From contig NC_087436.1 of the NCBI RefSeq assembly GCF_036321535.1, positions 22,136,001 to 22,200,000 of the forward strand: 64,000 nucleotides of DNA. Direction: 5' to 3'. The translations under genes were made by a program, and so were the position numbers. The DNA is from Camelus dromedarius. Taxonomy: Eukaryota. Shown here piece after piece: positions 1-14,400 of the stretch (its first letter is position 1; each line of letters starts with the position of its first letter). The notes below the pieces were generated by a model. That model saw only the letters and a list, made by a program, of their open reading frames with translations. It searched no databases and was not told the origin of the DNA.

Positions 1-1400
1 TGAACTGTCCATAGTAAAGTATATTTTGGTTCTTTCCAGTTTTGAGTGATTATGAATGGAGCTACTAAAATATTCATGTGCAGGTTTTCCTGTGACCCTA
101 AGTTTTCATATCTTTAGGGTAAATACCTAGGATTGGAGTTTCTGAGTCATATGGCAAGTATGTGTTGAACTCTGTAAGAAACTGCTGCGCTGTTTCCCCC
201 ACCAGCAGCGTACAAGAGTTTCAGTGGCTCTGCCCCCTCACCAGCCATTCTAAGGTATAGAATGACATCTCATAGTGCTTTTAATTTTCATTTTTCTAAC
301 ACCCAGTTTTCCACGGGCCATTTGTTATCTGTATATCCTCTTCTTGAGACACGTCTGTTCGACTTGTTTGCCTGTTTATTTATTATGTTGTTCATTTTCT
401 TGCTGTTGAGTTTTGAGGGCTCTTTATGTATTTGGGATGCAAATTCTGTCAGATACATGATTTGCAGATGTTTTCTTTCCAGTCAGTAGCTTGTCTTTTC
501 ATTCATGTGACAGTGTCTTTCACAGAGCAAATGTGTCAATTTTGATGAAGTTCAGTGTATCAAATTTTTTCTTCTTTAGATGGTGCATATTTAAGAACAC
601 TTTGACTTAGCCAGTTCATGAAGACTTTTCTCATATGTCTTTTTTTTTAAAAGTTTTCTATTTTTATGTTTTACATTTAGGTCAATGAGCCATTTTAATT
701 TTTGTTTCAGTTGAGAAGTTTAAGTAGACTTTCATTTTTTCCCTAAGTGGATGTCTGATTGTTCCAGAACCATTTGTTGAAAGGACTATTCTTTATCTAG
801 CACATTGACTGTAACTTTGTCAAAACACTTGGCCACATAGTTTCTGTATTCTGTTTCATTTATCAATATATCTGTCTCTTTGCAAATACCATACAATTTT
901 GATTACTGTAGATTTAAAATAAGTCTTTAAACCAGTAGATACAATTTCTCCATGCTTGTTCTTATTTCTCAAAAGTACACGGGCATTCTAGTAACTATGC
1001 TTTTGATAAATTTTTGAGTCAGCTCTATCAGTATCTACAAAAAATGTTGTTGGAATTTTAATTGGTATTGTCTTAAATCTGTAGGTCATTTTGGGGAGAA
1101 TTGACATCTTTGTAAAGTTAAGTCTTTCAATACATGAACACAGTATGCCTCACCATTTATTTAGACCTTTTTTTGATTTCTTCCATCATCATTTGTAGTT
1201 TTCAGCATATAGATCTTATACATTTTTATTGGATGTATACTTAAGTACTTTATTTGTTTTGGACTTATTATAAAAGATATATATGTGTGTGTGTGTGTAT
1301 GTGTGTGTTTGTGTGTGTGTGTGTGTGTGTATAAAATTTCAGTTCCTAATTGTTAACTGCTACATATTTGTATGTTGACATGGTGTCCTGTGAAAACTTG
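1..1400 (-). mobile_element. Old L1 (L1M-type) ORF2 3' region fragment, antisense
   Basis: Typical antisense L1 sequence, e.g. ctaggattggagtttctgagtcatatggcaagtatgtg, tttgcagatgttttctttcc, ttccagaaccatttgttgaaaggact, ggggagaattgacatc; decayed, no intact ORF. Confidence 0.85.
1281..1331. repeat. (TA)n(TG)n microsatellite
   Basis: Imperfect TG run seen directly. Confidence 0.9.
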
Positions 1401-1419
1401 TCATTTCAATACCATTTCA

Positions 1420-2270
1420 ATATCACTTCTGTTTGCAAAACTTTTGTAATGTTATTTGTTCCTGTCCTTCAAGTTTGTCACCCAGGTGACAGTCTAGGAG
1501 CTGGAGTGTGGTGTAGTCCATAATTATTTCTCAAAGTGTCTGATACGCTATTTAGATCCATGCATGCACAGCTTGGGGTAAGCCCAGAAGTTCATGAACA
1601 ACATTAAGAAGTTCCTTCCTGAGCCTCTTCCTCTCCCCCTGGAACATTCCTGTCTCCTGTGGCTTCCTTTTTTGAACTTCATCCAGAAAGCTGGGGTTTT
1701 ATTTTCCCTTCTCTGTCACTCAATTGCACCCCCTTCTGGAAAGAGCAGAGAGAGATGAAAAATAAAGGGCAAGGGCGTTCACCCCATACCCTTGGGCTCA
1801 CAGCTCCAATCAGAGAGGAAACTTTCCCTTCCTCGTAATTTTAGGCGCCTGCAGGTCCTCCGCGCTGCCACTTTTGCTGCTGCCACCACTGGGTTACGTG
1901 GGAGCTGGGACACAAGAGAGTGGGAAAAAGAAAAGGGATTTCATCATTCTTCTGAGTGTTAGGAGACCTCTGCTCTGTTCTCTGAGCCAGGGCTAGAGGG
2001 CTTCTCCTGGGGCTTTCTCTGCCCACACTATGAGCATCTCTGGGCTTGGGGCTGTGCTGGGTCTAGATCATGAGATACCAGAGGGGGAAAATGGTAAAGT
2101 AATGCTGGTTCATCAGTGATAGTTAAGCTTCTGATCTTCTTCCCCAGTATGCCTGGCGCTGTTTACTTTAAGTCCTCGAATAGCTGCTCTGAGCATCCTG
2201 TCCAGGTTTTATAGTTTCATTCGACAGGTACAAGAGAGTAGAGTGTGCTTCCTTTGTCTCACTTGCAGCA
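1420..2270 (-). mobile_element. Old L1M (L1MC/L1MD-like) 5'-end fragment, antisense
   Basis: GC-richer segment ending gtcctcgaatagctgctctgagcatcctgtccaggttttatagtt...gagtgtgctt, resembling old L1M 5' UTR consensus (from memory); contiguous with the L1 body at 1-1400. Confidence 0.6.
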
Positions 2271-4964
2271 TCTTGTCTACCAATGTGTAGCTCATGGTTT
2301 CCTAATAATTTTCATGTAATTTTGGTTGCCTATGAGTCCCAACAGGGACATCTGCAAGATGCCAACCTTGTTTTCTCACCTTGCTGATGGGATATTTCTT
2401 ACATTCAAAGAGATAGTTTATACTTTACATTTAGTATTGAAATCAGGTTTCCAAATGTAACTCACTATGTGTGTATTTTTCATAGAGTCACGGGAGGGAA
2501 AGATGTCTTTAGCTTATTTGTGTTAGGGGAATCACTCATATTTGGATACTACTGTTTTCAGCAGTAAAGAGAAATCCACATGCCAATTAGTCTGAAAAAT
2601 GGCTAGTCTACGTATCTACTATGGGCTCTCGAAGTTCTGTGGCTCAGAATTGTGTAACAGTCGTACTCATTACCATACACAAAAGCATTTTTATATTTTA
2701 ACTTAAGACCTTTTATTTTTGGACACATATGTCTTATAAGTAGGATGGTTTACTGCTTTCATATTTTATAGCTGGTAAATCTTAATAGAGGCTGAGTTGC
2801 CTTCTCACAAACACATAGGTGTTTATGATAAAGAGCCAACACCATAACCAAGGACCTTGTCACTCAAAGTTCACTTTCCTCTAAACCATCCTCCATTATT
2901 TAATGGCGTGTGAAGACAAGGGTCAGTTTGAGGCAAAAGTACTGAGCTGTCCCTAACCCTTGACAAGTCCTGATATAAGGTCTTCAGAGACAGGCTACAC
3001 TGCAGAGTCTCTGGGCAGGCTTTGCGCAGTGTCTAAAGGATTTTGACAGAGGAAGGAAAGTAAAATGTGACAGTGGGGCTTTAAGAGGAAAGCTCGACAT
3101 GGACGGGATGGCAGAGGAAGATACTGGAAGATGGGAGGTAGTTTCCTGAAGTGTAATGAAAGAGAGTTGATGAGAATAACTGGATGTTGCTGTTGGGAAG
3201 AGACACATGTAAGAGACATTGAGGAAGAATCACTATGACTTTGTGCCTTATTGCACAGTAGGGGCAAAGCACAGGTAGAAATGAAATGTTTTGTGGTTTT
3301 GATCTCTGAGGAATGATATGCTACTGATGTAAGTGGGTTGAAGTTTGAGTTGAGGTTTCAAGTCTATCGAATGTCAAATGATACCAGGACAAAAGGAATT
3401 TGCAGTTCTTGGTCAGGAAGTCAGGTCAGAGTAGGGAGTATGGAATTGTGGTGGATCCTCATAGACAGGGTAACTGAATCCCACAATAGTGGAAGGAATT
3501 TCTAAAGGCAAGCTTGTAACGAGAAAGGAGGAAAAAATCAAAGGCAAAACCTTAGAGTGTGTAAGCTGCAATTTTAAGAACTACTGAAAGGTTTTATTTG
3601 AGGATTAGTTTGAATGTATTCTGTGACTTCTGGTATTTGTGAATTTCAGCCAGAGTAGAGGTGCATTTAGTCATATCTACTTACATAGAACTCTCACTTC
3701 TGTGAGACCTAAGCAAATCTAGCACTGCTAGATAAGAGTTTTCGCCAGAAAGATAGTCAAGGCACACTCACTCACTGACTCCATTTGCTTACATATGGCC
3801 TTTGTTTATTTTTCTGTCCAGGTGAGATTTTCATTTCCCAGTTACATGTCTAGACGGGTTAAATGCAAGGCACATCTCACAGATGACGGTTCCTGTGCAT
3901 AGCACCAAGGCTGCTTTATATTTGCAAAGACTGACAGTGCTAATGATAGTTTTTCCTTGGATGTTTACAGAGTCATGTGTATCTCTGTGGCATTTCCAAA
4001 ATAGGGGAGTTATTTACATGTTTCTGTTTAACATTTCCATAGGATAATTTTTTCTTTTTTTCTACTAAGGATGGTACAATAGGTGGTGAAGAGTTTAGAG
4101 GAAAAGCGTCATTAAATTGAAGACTGTTTCATATCCCCTTTCCCTCAGTCTTCCAAAAATATTTAAATATTTCAGCATGTGAGATTGAATATTTCACTAG
4201 GAAGCATTATGAGAGTTATGTTAAAGGAGGATTTTGAAAAATCCCAATCACTAATGTATTATGCATACTGAAAATCTAATTGATAAGGAAGTGTTGATTT
4301 GTGTTGCTGAAATTTCCCCTCCTCTGTCTTCCATCTTGTTGGCATGGTTAAATATTTAAGTGTATCTGCTGAGAGAAATAGGAACTTGATGTTGTGATTG
4401 AAATAACATAGCTGCCAAGAACTATTCATCTTTTACTTCTCTTATAATAACTCTGTGAATTAAGCAGTGGGTAATGACCTGACAAGAGACTGTTTGAGAT
4501 GACATGGTTTTCTTTTTCTCTCTCTCTTCTTTGTATAGATTAAGATAGTTATTTATAGCTGCAGCCTGTTCCTAGTGCCATATAAATTGCTAGGAAATTG
4601 TGTGAAGATCACTTTTGTTTGGTTCTATCAAATTTGTATCCTTGTGAAAATGCCATGTGCCATAATGGTAATAAAATATATATATATATATATATATATA
4701 CACGTTGGATACTATAAGAAAAACTAGCCTTTGTATTTGACTGTAAGTGTTAAGTCACTTTTCAGGTTTGGCATGCATTTGGTTGGTTTGTTTGGGGGAA
4801 GGTTGGACGGGAAGGTGGGGAGTGAGGAGGACAATCTGCCCTTGATTTTTCCCAAAGCTGTGTCCGCCCACGATAGTCTAGGATGCCTATGATGGAACCA
4901 AGTGATTGAATTCTAGCCTCGTCAGAGCATGAAGTTTGAGCGCTGATATTATAGCTGTCAGAGA

Positions 4965-5110
4965 TCAACTCTTTGTTTTGCAGTACAGGAAACTGAAATC
5001 CAGAGAACTGAAGCAGTATGTCGTTGGTCACATAGCTAGTGAGCAGCTGAGCTGGACGTTGTGCTTTGGTTTCTTGATTCCTAGCCTGGAATTCTCTTCA
5101 GTATGTCTGC
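4965..5110 (-). mobile_element. MIR SINE fragment
   Basis: caggaaactgaaatccagagaactgaagc...ggtcacatagctagtgagcagctgagctgg is the MIR core in antisense. Confidence 0.75.
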
Positions 5111-5607
5111 CATGCAGCTCTGAAGAATTTCCATTAAACAAAAGTCAGTAGGATTTTGCTGATTAATAAGGGTGAAGTAATGATTAGTAGCCCCCTGAAC
5201 CTGATGGGTGATAAATTGGAAACATAATTCATGCTTTAAGAATGAATTTTTTTGGTAAATTTTTATGAAATCACCTTTGAAACAGCCTTTAGAAACATGA
5301 AATAGATATTTCAGTTGTGACTCTCCTGATTGAAGAGAGGTGTTGAATATCCATACTTTGTGTGTAGTAAATTGTATAGAATAAATTGGAAACTGCTTCT
5401 ACGTCTCATGTTCCAGTTCACGGACAGGATGAACAATGCTTTTGGGTGTCTTGGGTTCAATTCTTCAGTTTATTACCTGCATTCCCCATTCCATCTCCCA
5501 CGAATCTCAGATGAAGAAGCATGCTTCAGGGTACTCACAGCTTCTTACGCAAAATGGTTTTGGGTGGGGGAGGTTTTAGAATCCCTTTAGTGTCCCTTAA
5601 TCTCATG

Positions 5608-5764
5608 TGACACAGAGACATGAAGTGAGCAAATGCTGTTGGAAAAATGGCACAGATAGACTTGCTTGAATCAGGGTTGCCACAAGCCATCAATTTGGGG
5701 AAAAAAAACCCACAATATCTGTGAAGCTCAACAAAGCAAAACACGATAAAGCAAGATATGCCTG
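5608..5764 (+). mobile_element. Tigger2/MER28-like TcMar-Tigger DNA transposon terminal fragment
   Basis: tgacacagagacatgaagtgagcaaatgctgttggaaaaatggc...agggttgccacaa...gatatgcctg followed by TA (TcMar target dinucleotide). Confidence 0.8.
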
Positions 5765-6164
5765 TATTTTAAAAGTAGCCAGATAATTTTTAAAGGGAAT
5801 AAATAAAGCTATAGTTCTGAAGCTTACTCCTTTATTCCCATGGTGCATTCCTTACTCATCTGACTCTGGCACTTTGAAAGGTTCACTTGCATTGTCATCA
5901 GCTATAGACTTGTGTTCTTTGCACTACTAGGATGTAAGCTTTATACCATCATCTGTCATCACTAAGTCTTTGTATCTCTAATGAGCACATAATCACTCTT
6001 GAAATGCATGTGCTATGAAATCCTGTAATCTTTTACAATAGTCTTAGATGTCCATTTTAGTAAAATTTCTGAAGAGAATCAAATTAAATAAAATATATTC
6101 ATGATAATAGCAATTTGGTTGATACTGCTCCTACTACTATGAGGATGAAGAGAAGGAGAAGGAA

Positions 6165-6350
6165 GAAGCACTTGTCTTATGCAAAACGTTGTGCTGAGAA
6201 CTTTACATAAATCATGTCACAATTTAATCCTTACAATGAAGTTATCATCTCTGTCTTACAAAGTTTCACATGGTTAAGTTTCTTATCCAAGGTCATGAAG
6301 CTAGCAGATAGCTCAAACTCCTGAGTTCACACTTTTAATTATTATTGCAT
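6165..6350 (-). mobile_element. MIR SINE fragment
   Basis: gtgctgagaactttacata...tttaatccttacaa...aagtttcttatccaaggtcatgaagctag. Confidence 0.6.
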
Positions 6351-6450
6351 ATATCGCCTTATTACCCAGTCTTGACTGTGAGAAGCTTATTCTCTGTTTC
6401 AAATCATGACATTTTTTTGGTTTAGTTCAATGAAAATATTTAGGAATTTG

Positions 6451-6488
6451 TACCTAGAAATTAAGCTTGTATACCTAGAAATTAAGCT
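6451..6488. repeat. Short tandem duplication, TACCTAGAAATTAAGCT x2 (period 21)
   Basis: Exact 17-mer at 6451-6467 and 6472-6488. Confidence 0.9.
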
Positions 6489-7649
6489 AGCTCAGTTTGC
6501 ACAAGCCAAAAGTTTAAACAATTCCTATGAGAAAAAAAAAAGAAGATGTCTTTAATTGTTATTGATGATCAATTTGGGGGAAAAAGAAGTCTGCAGATTT
6601 CTAGAAAAAACTATGAGTGGTGACAGTGAGGGCTTTTACTAAACTCTTTATTTAACTGTCAAGTACTGAAGAATTGTACAGAGATATGTCACACTGTGAT
6701 TTATGACAAGTTATGATGTCATTTTCAAGTGGGAAAATGGTATAATTAATTATTAAAACCATTCCAGAATTGGAGCTAATATAGTTTTTTATTTTACAAA
6801 ATCATAGATTATATTATCATCTGTATAGATATATTCTTTGTAATGAATGCTTAAGTTTTCTATATTAATTTCAAATAATTGAGTCAGTATTATAAAAATC
6901 ACCAAGAAGCTTCATATTTTATTAATATTAATAAACTAGTTAAATCACTTTTAGTTTTCTGTGTACATAATCTTTATTTTATTACATTATGACATTAGCT
7001 ACGTGTATGTTACCAGAATTTTTCTATTTCGGTTTTCTTAAAAGCATAATTCAAAAGATACGTTTCAATTTATACTTTTTATGTTTTGAGGAAAACTTCC
7101 TGTGATCTGGTAACAACTGGATTTCCTTTTCACCTAACTTATTCATTATTTTAATTAGCATTTTGGTAAACTACTTATACTAATTTTCCTATTCCTCTTT
7201 TCTGACACCTCTAATAAAAATAGTGACATTCTGAAGGAATTGGTTGAAAGAAAGACACTATTTGTATTCAGATTAAAGTTAAAAACAAATTTAAAAGATG
7301 ACTAAATAAAGAAAATGAAGTGTCACCGAACTAGTATTAGTCAATTAGGCTTGGGTAGAAGTTATGGTAACACCTCATACTGATGGGAGGCTTGCTACCC
7401 ATCTTCAAAATAAGTTTCAAGGGAAAAATATCCTTATGTATCACAGTGTTCCCATGATATGATGCCACCACTTATTCTGTATATTTTCTTGCCCAGAAAA
7501 GAAAATTTGAGAATCTTAAAGGATGGGTGGTTGTTAATTTTATTTTTAATTTTAATTATTGTCAACTATAACATTTGTATGTTGATGACAGTAATGATGA
7601 TGAAAATCTTAATAATAAAATTATCATTATCATTAAGTAGGGAAGAGTT

Positions 7650-7810
7650 GTTCAGTGGCCAACAGACTCAAAGAAGGTACAAACCTGGGTTTCTGGTTTC
7701 GCCAGTTTGCTTCCATGCATGAGGCTTTCTACCTCCTTGAGTCTCAGTTTCTTTATCTGAAAGAGTAATGGGTTGTGCTAGATGATCTCTGTCGCTAATT
7801 TCTGCTCTGC
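7650..7810 (+). mobile_element. MIR-family SINE fragment
   Basis: acctgggtttctggtttc...ctccttgagtctcagtttctttatctgaaagag...ctagatgatctctg. Confidence 0.65.
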
Positions 7811-8380
7811 AGGTACCTTCTTTTTTTTGTGTGTGTGTGTTTGCTGGGAGAGAAATCTTCTTTTCTTGGTCTCTGAGAAAGAGAAATGATATTATGCAAA
7901 AGGCATAAAAGCAGATTTTATAGCCAATGGCTGGGTCGTAGAGGAATACAGAGATGTTTATGCTCTTTTCTGTTTTATTCAGCTGTGGTTTCTGTAGTAG
8001 TTGTGCACAGTATCCCATGCGACTGGTATAGAGGAGCCAGGGTTTATGCTGTTGTAGAGACGTGGAGTTGCCAAACTGGGCCTGGAACCATGGTCCTGGC
8101 AGCTACTCCTGAGAGCGCTGAGGAGCTTTTACCTGCATGAGATAGTATTTGACAGTCCATGCATTTACTGCACAAATTCATGATGAGTTTTCTTTGGAAA
8201 TTAAAAACAATGCCAACACTATTAACATGTTTCAGTATGTTTTTTGCAGATTTGTTTAATTACAACCAATGCAGGTGAAAAAAAAGCAATGTTAGTGGTT
8301 TTCAGAGAAAAACGTGTTTGGACATACTTTCAGGAAAAAGAAGATTCTCACCTCTCCATTTCATTTATTTTTGGTTGCAG

Positions 8381-8492
8381 AACTTCAGATGGTGGCAAAG
8401 TTGTTGGCACCATAGAAGTCAGTGTCGTGAAGATGGGGGAGATTGAGGATGGGGAAGCCGACCACATCACGACAGATGTGCAGGGACAAAAG
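8381..8492 (+). CDS. INPP4B: INPP4B coding exon, 112 nt ([10 protein letters not shown]...DVQGQK)
   Basis: Acceptor tttttggttgcAG at 8379-8380 and donor AAG|GTAGGG at 8493; 1 nt plus 37 codons; in frame with ORF 8244..8516. Confidence 0.96.
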
Positions 8493-11400
8493 GTAGGGTC
8501 TCAGTCAGCTCACTGAACAATTTAAATTAGAAATGATCAGTTTTGCCAGATGCTTGAATCACCAACACCTCTATGGGGTATGAAATCTCATTATTCAAAA
8601 GCTAAATGAGAAATTGGCTTTGGAATTGGAGTACCGTAAGTGTGTCTCATCCTCTGAACCAGACGGCCTGTTTGCATGGAACTATGCAAAGCCATGCACC
8701 ATTCAAAACACCTTCATCTTCGCAGCTGGCTCGCGTGTTGACACAGCCTCTTCTCAGAACAAAAGTACTGATCACGGTTGCATTCTGCCATAATTAACCC
8801 TACGTGAGATGCAGAGAAGATTCTGGGAGGCCTGCTGCCAAAAGTAACCACTTCTCTGATCTCACAATTCTCTTTGGAAAGAGATGCAGTTTGAATTTGG
8901 ATTTCATTTTTATGTGAAGGAGGGCAGATTTTAATAACTTGGTGCCTTATGGAATTGCTGAGAGAGAAGCAGGAAGTAGTACAAAGCGGAGGGGCCACAC
9001 TGGAGGAGGGGCCACACTGGAGGAGGGGTGATGCCAGCTGCAGGTGAAGCAGTTTCCTTGAAGCCCAGGATATAAGCCCCGATGCATATCATCAAATTCA
9101 GGATTTTCACTTTCTTTTTGCTTTCTTTTCTCTGAAAGAGAGAAACTTGATATAAATATTAGCCTAACGTCCTTTCTTGAGAGTGCAATTGCCTATTTTA
9201 TTGAGGCACAAGGGACAGACTTACAAACTGCTAATTTTTTTTTTGTTTGTTTTCAGGAAAGTAAATTTGATTATGCGCTAGAATTCCTACCTTTCCATAA
9301 ATGAGCTTTTTTTTTTTTTTTTCCTAAATGACAACGTTTATTGTGACCTATTTTCTGGCTTGGTGTCCCTTATCTGGGAGCCTGTTTACTTTTGGGTACC
9401 AAGGAAACACCTACATGGGAGACAGTGCTTATCTAACACTTAACCAATCATTAACTTTACAAAAAAAAAAAAAAAAGAATTCTGAACTGCCTCTCAAAAA
9501 AATAGTGTTCTTGCCCAGCATAGGCTAGGGTCTTACTAATGCCCTAAGCCTTCTTCTTCTCTGTTCCCTGCTCTCCCTCGAATTATCCCAGGTCATGAAC
9601 ATATGCCGGTGAAGCCCAATGTTTGAATCAGGCTGCTTGCAAGTGCCAGGGCCATGGTGAACTTCCATGGCAGATGGTCGTAGGGTTTGTGTACTTAAGA
9701 TTCCTGTTTTGTGGCTAGGTACTGTCATTCAGCCCTTGTTGACTTTGGAGTTCTCTATGACTTCTATTAGTCACCACCACGTGAATATTTATACGTATCA
9801 AGATTAAGGAGGGAGAATTTGTAGACTAAGAAGGTGGGGAGGGTATGGGGGATGGGACAGGGTGGACTAAAGGCAGAAATAGGCAGATGATTGTGCCTGG
9901 ACCCAAGGCAATGTGCCAGGAGACCGGGAGCAGAGACGCGTCTAATTTCATAGTAGACCTGCTTTCCCTGCTCCACTTCTATTACTAGCCACCTCTCTGT
10001 TTTTGTCAAAGCTGCCTCACCCTTTGACTCCTTTACAAGGTTGCTATTATGAGTTGGCACAAATTGAATCATGCTCTTTTCATAAATGGAGGACTTGAGA
10101 GCCAAGAATAGGCCCCACTAAAGTCCTACACAGTGTTTCTGACTTAGTAATGGGAACTTAAAAAAGGAGTAACTGAGCTGTTCTAGAAATAGGAGGTGGT
10201 GGTGTCAGCACATACCATGCAGAAGTCATAAGTGGTCTAAGATGGTACACACACCGAGAAACGCTGGTTTTAGCTCTGTTCTCTCTGGATTCTTGGTAAA
10301 CCTTGACCTTTTATGAAGCTTTTTATAAAGTTACTATAAACTCTGTTGGCAGTCCTTAGGAGTAGTCATGATTGAGTGAAGGACATACAATAAGGTCCAC
10401 TGTGCATGCTGTTTAGAAGACTTAATGTGGAAATAAGCTTATCTCAGTGTTTCTCAAAGTGTGATCAAAATCATCAGGAGCATTTGTTAGAAATTCAGAT
10501 GTGGGGACCCTTTGGCAAATCTGCTAAATTAAAATCTCTGTGGGGTGTATTAATATGATCTACTCCTAACAGTGATTTAAGTCCTGAAGTTAGTCAATGG
10601 CTGAAACATGAAAAGACAAAGTAGCTGAAATTGAGATTATCTCTAAAACAACATCCCTCTCACTGGTTTGCCCAAATGGGGGAGAAAGAAATGGAACCAT
10701 TTTTAGCACCCCAGTCATGTGCGTGAGTGATGTGTGTTCTCTCTCCTGCATACGGAGCAGATTGAGATTAATACCTGTATCAGTCAGCTTGGGCTGTCAC
10801 AATAAAATACCATAGACTGAGTGACTTAAGCGACAGAAATTTATTTTCTCCCAGTCCTGAAAGGCTCCAAAGTCCAAGATCACGGTGCCAGATGACTTAG
10901 TCCCTGGTGAAGGCCCTCTTCCTGGCTTGCAGATTTCTTGCTGTGTCCTCACAAGGCCGTTCCTTGGCACACACGTATGGAGAGGCAGCAAGTGGACTCC
11001 GGTGTCTTCTCCTCTTCTCGTAAGGACACCAGTCCGAGAGCATTAGGGTCCCACTCTTACGACCTCATTTAACCTTAATCACCTCCATAAAGGTCTTTTC
11101 TCCAAGTACAGTCACATGGGGCATTAGGGCTTCAACATATGGATTCCGAGGAACATGATTCTGTTCATAACAATGCCCCTGATATAAAATACTACATTTT
11201 AATCTTGAATCTTACATAACCTCCTCCATGGAAATAAAATATAAATGAAAATCCAAAATCTTACCTCTCACATACATTTACTTACTTTGTTTCCAAAAAT
11301 CCTATTATTACTATATATTTTTCATCAAGGGAAGATTATGCAGAGAGCTGTTCACCATATCACACTGGTTCAAACTTCTGTGTGATATGTACATACATAG

Positions 11401-14400
11401 AAAAAGAACACAAAGTGTTAAAATCACATAGCACTAGAAAGAAAAATTCACAAAAGTAATACTAACGTTGTCCTTTTATAAAGCTAGCATGTTAGGTGAA
11501 ATATCACATTAGATATACAAAACTTTTTTTTTTTAATTTTGGAGTCATCTTTGACTCCTTTCTCCCTCTCACACTTACAAACAATACGTCAGCAAATCCT
11601 GTTGATTCTGACCTCTAAGTAAACCCAGAATCTGACGACTCTTGGCCTCCTTCACTGTAGCCAAGATGTCTGTCACTTAGACTTTTGCGGTAGTCTCTTC
11701 ATCTCCCTGACTCCCTCCATCCTCCGTCCCTGATCTCCCGCCCTGTCGTAGTCTATTCTGTGCAGCAGACTTACTAAAACGTAATGTAGGACGTGCCATC
11801 CCTCCAGTGACTTCTCATCTCCCTGAAAGTATAAACCCAATCCTAATCTCAAGTCTCCAAGTCCTGGCCCCACTTCCTTCACCTCATCCTCTACTTTTTT
11901 TTTTTTTTGCTCATTTCAACTCAGCCACATTGTCTTCTTTTCTGTTCCTTGAATAGTCCAGGTACATTTCCAGCTTGGGTACTTGAACTTTGTTATTCAG
12001 TCTACCCGTGAAGCGTTTTCCCCAGGTAACTGTGCTTCACTCCTTCACTTCCTCTGGTCTTTATGCGAAATGTCACCTTCTCACCGAAGCCTTCTCTGCC
12101 ACCATATCTAAAATTACAAGGCCTCCCTAAAACTATCTCCCTTCTCTGTGTTATTTTTGTCCTTAGTACTTATCACTGTCCAATATCATCTCTGCTTCAT
12201 TTATTTATCTCTTATATTGTTTATTTCCCTTACTATAATTAAACTTCATGAGAGAATATTTATCTATTTTGTTCTCTCTCTTCCCCTCGGTGCCTAGAAC
12301 AGAGCCTGACATGAGAAAAATGAATGAGTGAATAAATGAAGTCAATTTTGCTGTGAAGAAATTGCATCCAAAATTGTTTCCAGGAAGGGGAAATGTTGGA
12401 CTACATATAGTGCTTGCAGACTGATTGGTCAGTAAATAAAGACTGGAATAAAGGTGTAGTGAAGGTTGTAGGATTATGAAGGAAAGAGGAAGAAATCTTA
12501 AAAAAATACCGTTGAAGTAAGTAGTCAAGAAAAAAAATGCTATCAGGGAAAGGAGAACTAGGAAACAGAATCGTCAAACCAGGTGATAGGGGAAAACCCA
12601 GGGAAGAAACAGCCAACAGGGCCAGCTGTGCGAGAGCCCAATTATGTCCTTTGCCTGCTGCAGACATGCCTGGCTTCTTCCTGGGGCAGGATTAACAGTC
12701 CTTGGATAAGGCTGATTAAACCAGCTCCTGCCTTCTCTTCCCCTTTTGTTTAACGTCTACATTGTATTTGAGGGGGCACAGTACTCAGGACCAAAGTGGT
12801 GGTGATTTCTACAAAAAGCTGGAAAATGCCTTGTTGATTTATGATCGCAGCAAAAATGGTACAAGTGGAGTAGTAATATGTCCCCTTTTGACTGTGAACC
12901 TCACCTAACTAGTATTTTGGTGACTTGCTGCCCTTCCCAGTTTATTTTGACCCCATGCTTTAAAGTGGTGTTTTGAGTGGACTTTCATCAGCTATGGTCA
13001 GGGAAAAGGTGGAGTCCTCCAGTAGCTAAGGACCAATCTCAAAAGGTTTCATCCCTTTACTTTCCCCAAATACAAACTTGAAAATATAACTGGCCTTACT
13101 TACCTTATAGAATATTGGCAGGCATATAATATTCATCATTCATTCATCAAACAATACAGCCTTCTATGTTCTAGACATTCTGCTAGGTTCTGGGTATTTG
13201 GCAATGAACCAAAAAGACAGAGATGCCACCTTCTGGGAAAATAAACAATACAAAAGATAAGTAATGTATTGTTGATCAGATGGTGCTCTATGCTATGGAA
13301 AAAATAAGACAAGATGCAAGAACTAGGGAGTGCTGGGCTGTGGCCATTTTATACTGTATGGTCAAGGATAGATTCACTGGTAATGTGATATTTGAGCTGA
13401 AATGTGCAGGAAATAAGGGAACAAGACACGTGGCTATCTGGGGGGAACAATAATTGTAGGTAGAGTGAATAGCAAGAGCAGAGGTCCTGGGGTGGCAGGA
13501 TGCGTGTGTTGAAGGAACAGCAGGGAGGCCAGTGTGATTGGAAGTGAGGGGTCAAGGAGGAGAGTTGTAGGAGTTGAGGACAGAAGTTCATGGGGCAAGG
13601 AAGACAGATTGTGTCCCCCCTTGAAGGCCATTAGACCCTGAGCTACATGTAAAGACAGTTGAGGTGTTTGGAGTATAGGTGTGAAATCTGATTCATGCTT
13701 TAAGAGGACCATTTCTGGCTACTGTGTTGAGCAGGACCTGAAAGGAGGCAAGGACAGAAGAATGAAGTCTGGTTAATGCAAAGATTCAGGATAGAAATGA
13801 AGATGAGCTGGATCTGGGTGGTATTGATGGAGAAAGTGACATGTAGCCAGACTCCAGGTGGAAAGGACAGTCAAAAAAAAGCGGAATGACCATTTTCTCA
13901 GGAAAACTGAGAGAAGCAGGTGGAGGAGGCCAGGAGATTTTCAGATGTTAGGTTTGACATTCCTCTTAGACATCCAAGTGTAGATGTATCTAAGCAGTTG
14001 GAGGTTTGAGTCTGGAATTTAGGTGAGAGATCCAAGCTAGAATTATGTGTTTGTGAGTGATCAGACGATTTTTGGATGGTATTTACACCACGAGACTGAA
14101 TGAGATAACTAAAGCATAGCAATTCTCATATTTTACAGCCTTAAAATTTATACTTATGTGGATTTTATCTATTGATATTTATTAGAGATTTTGGTAATTT
14201 GGATGATATCTATAGACATTTATCATATTAGAAACTCAAACAAGAAAAGTTTAATACAGAATACAAAAGACACATACCTTTGGCTGTCACATGATTATGT
14301 CATATAGCCTCTAGAAAATTCTACTAGGTACTTGTAAAAGAAAGAGGGAAACAGAAAGGTAATATTTTAGTGTTATTATGAAAATAAATTAGTCTTCACC

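Noticed and set aside
8988..9028. Short direct repeats as a CRISPR-like array (also 6451-6488)
   Set aside because: Only two adjacent copies with no spacer array, in a mammalian context; simple slippage duplications.
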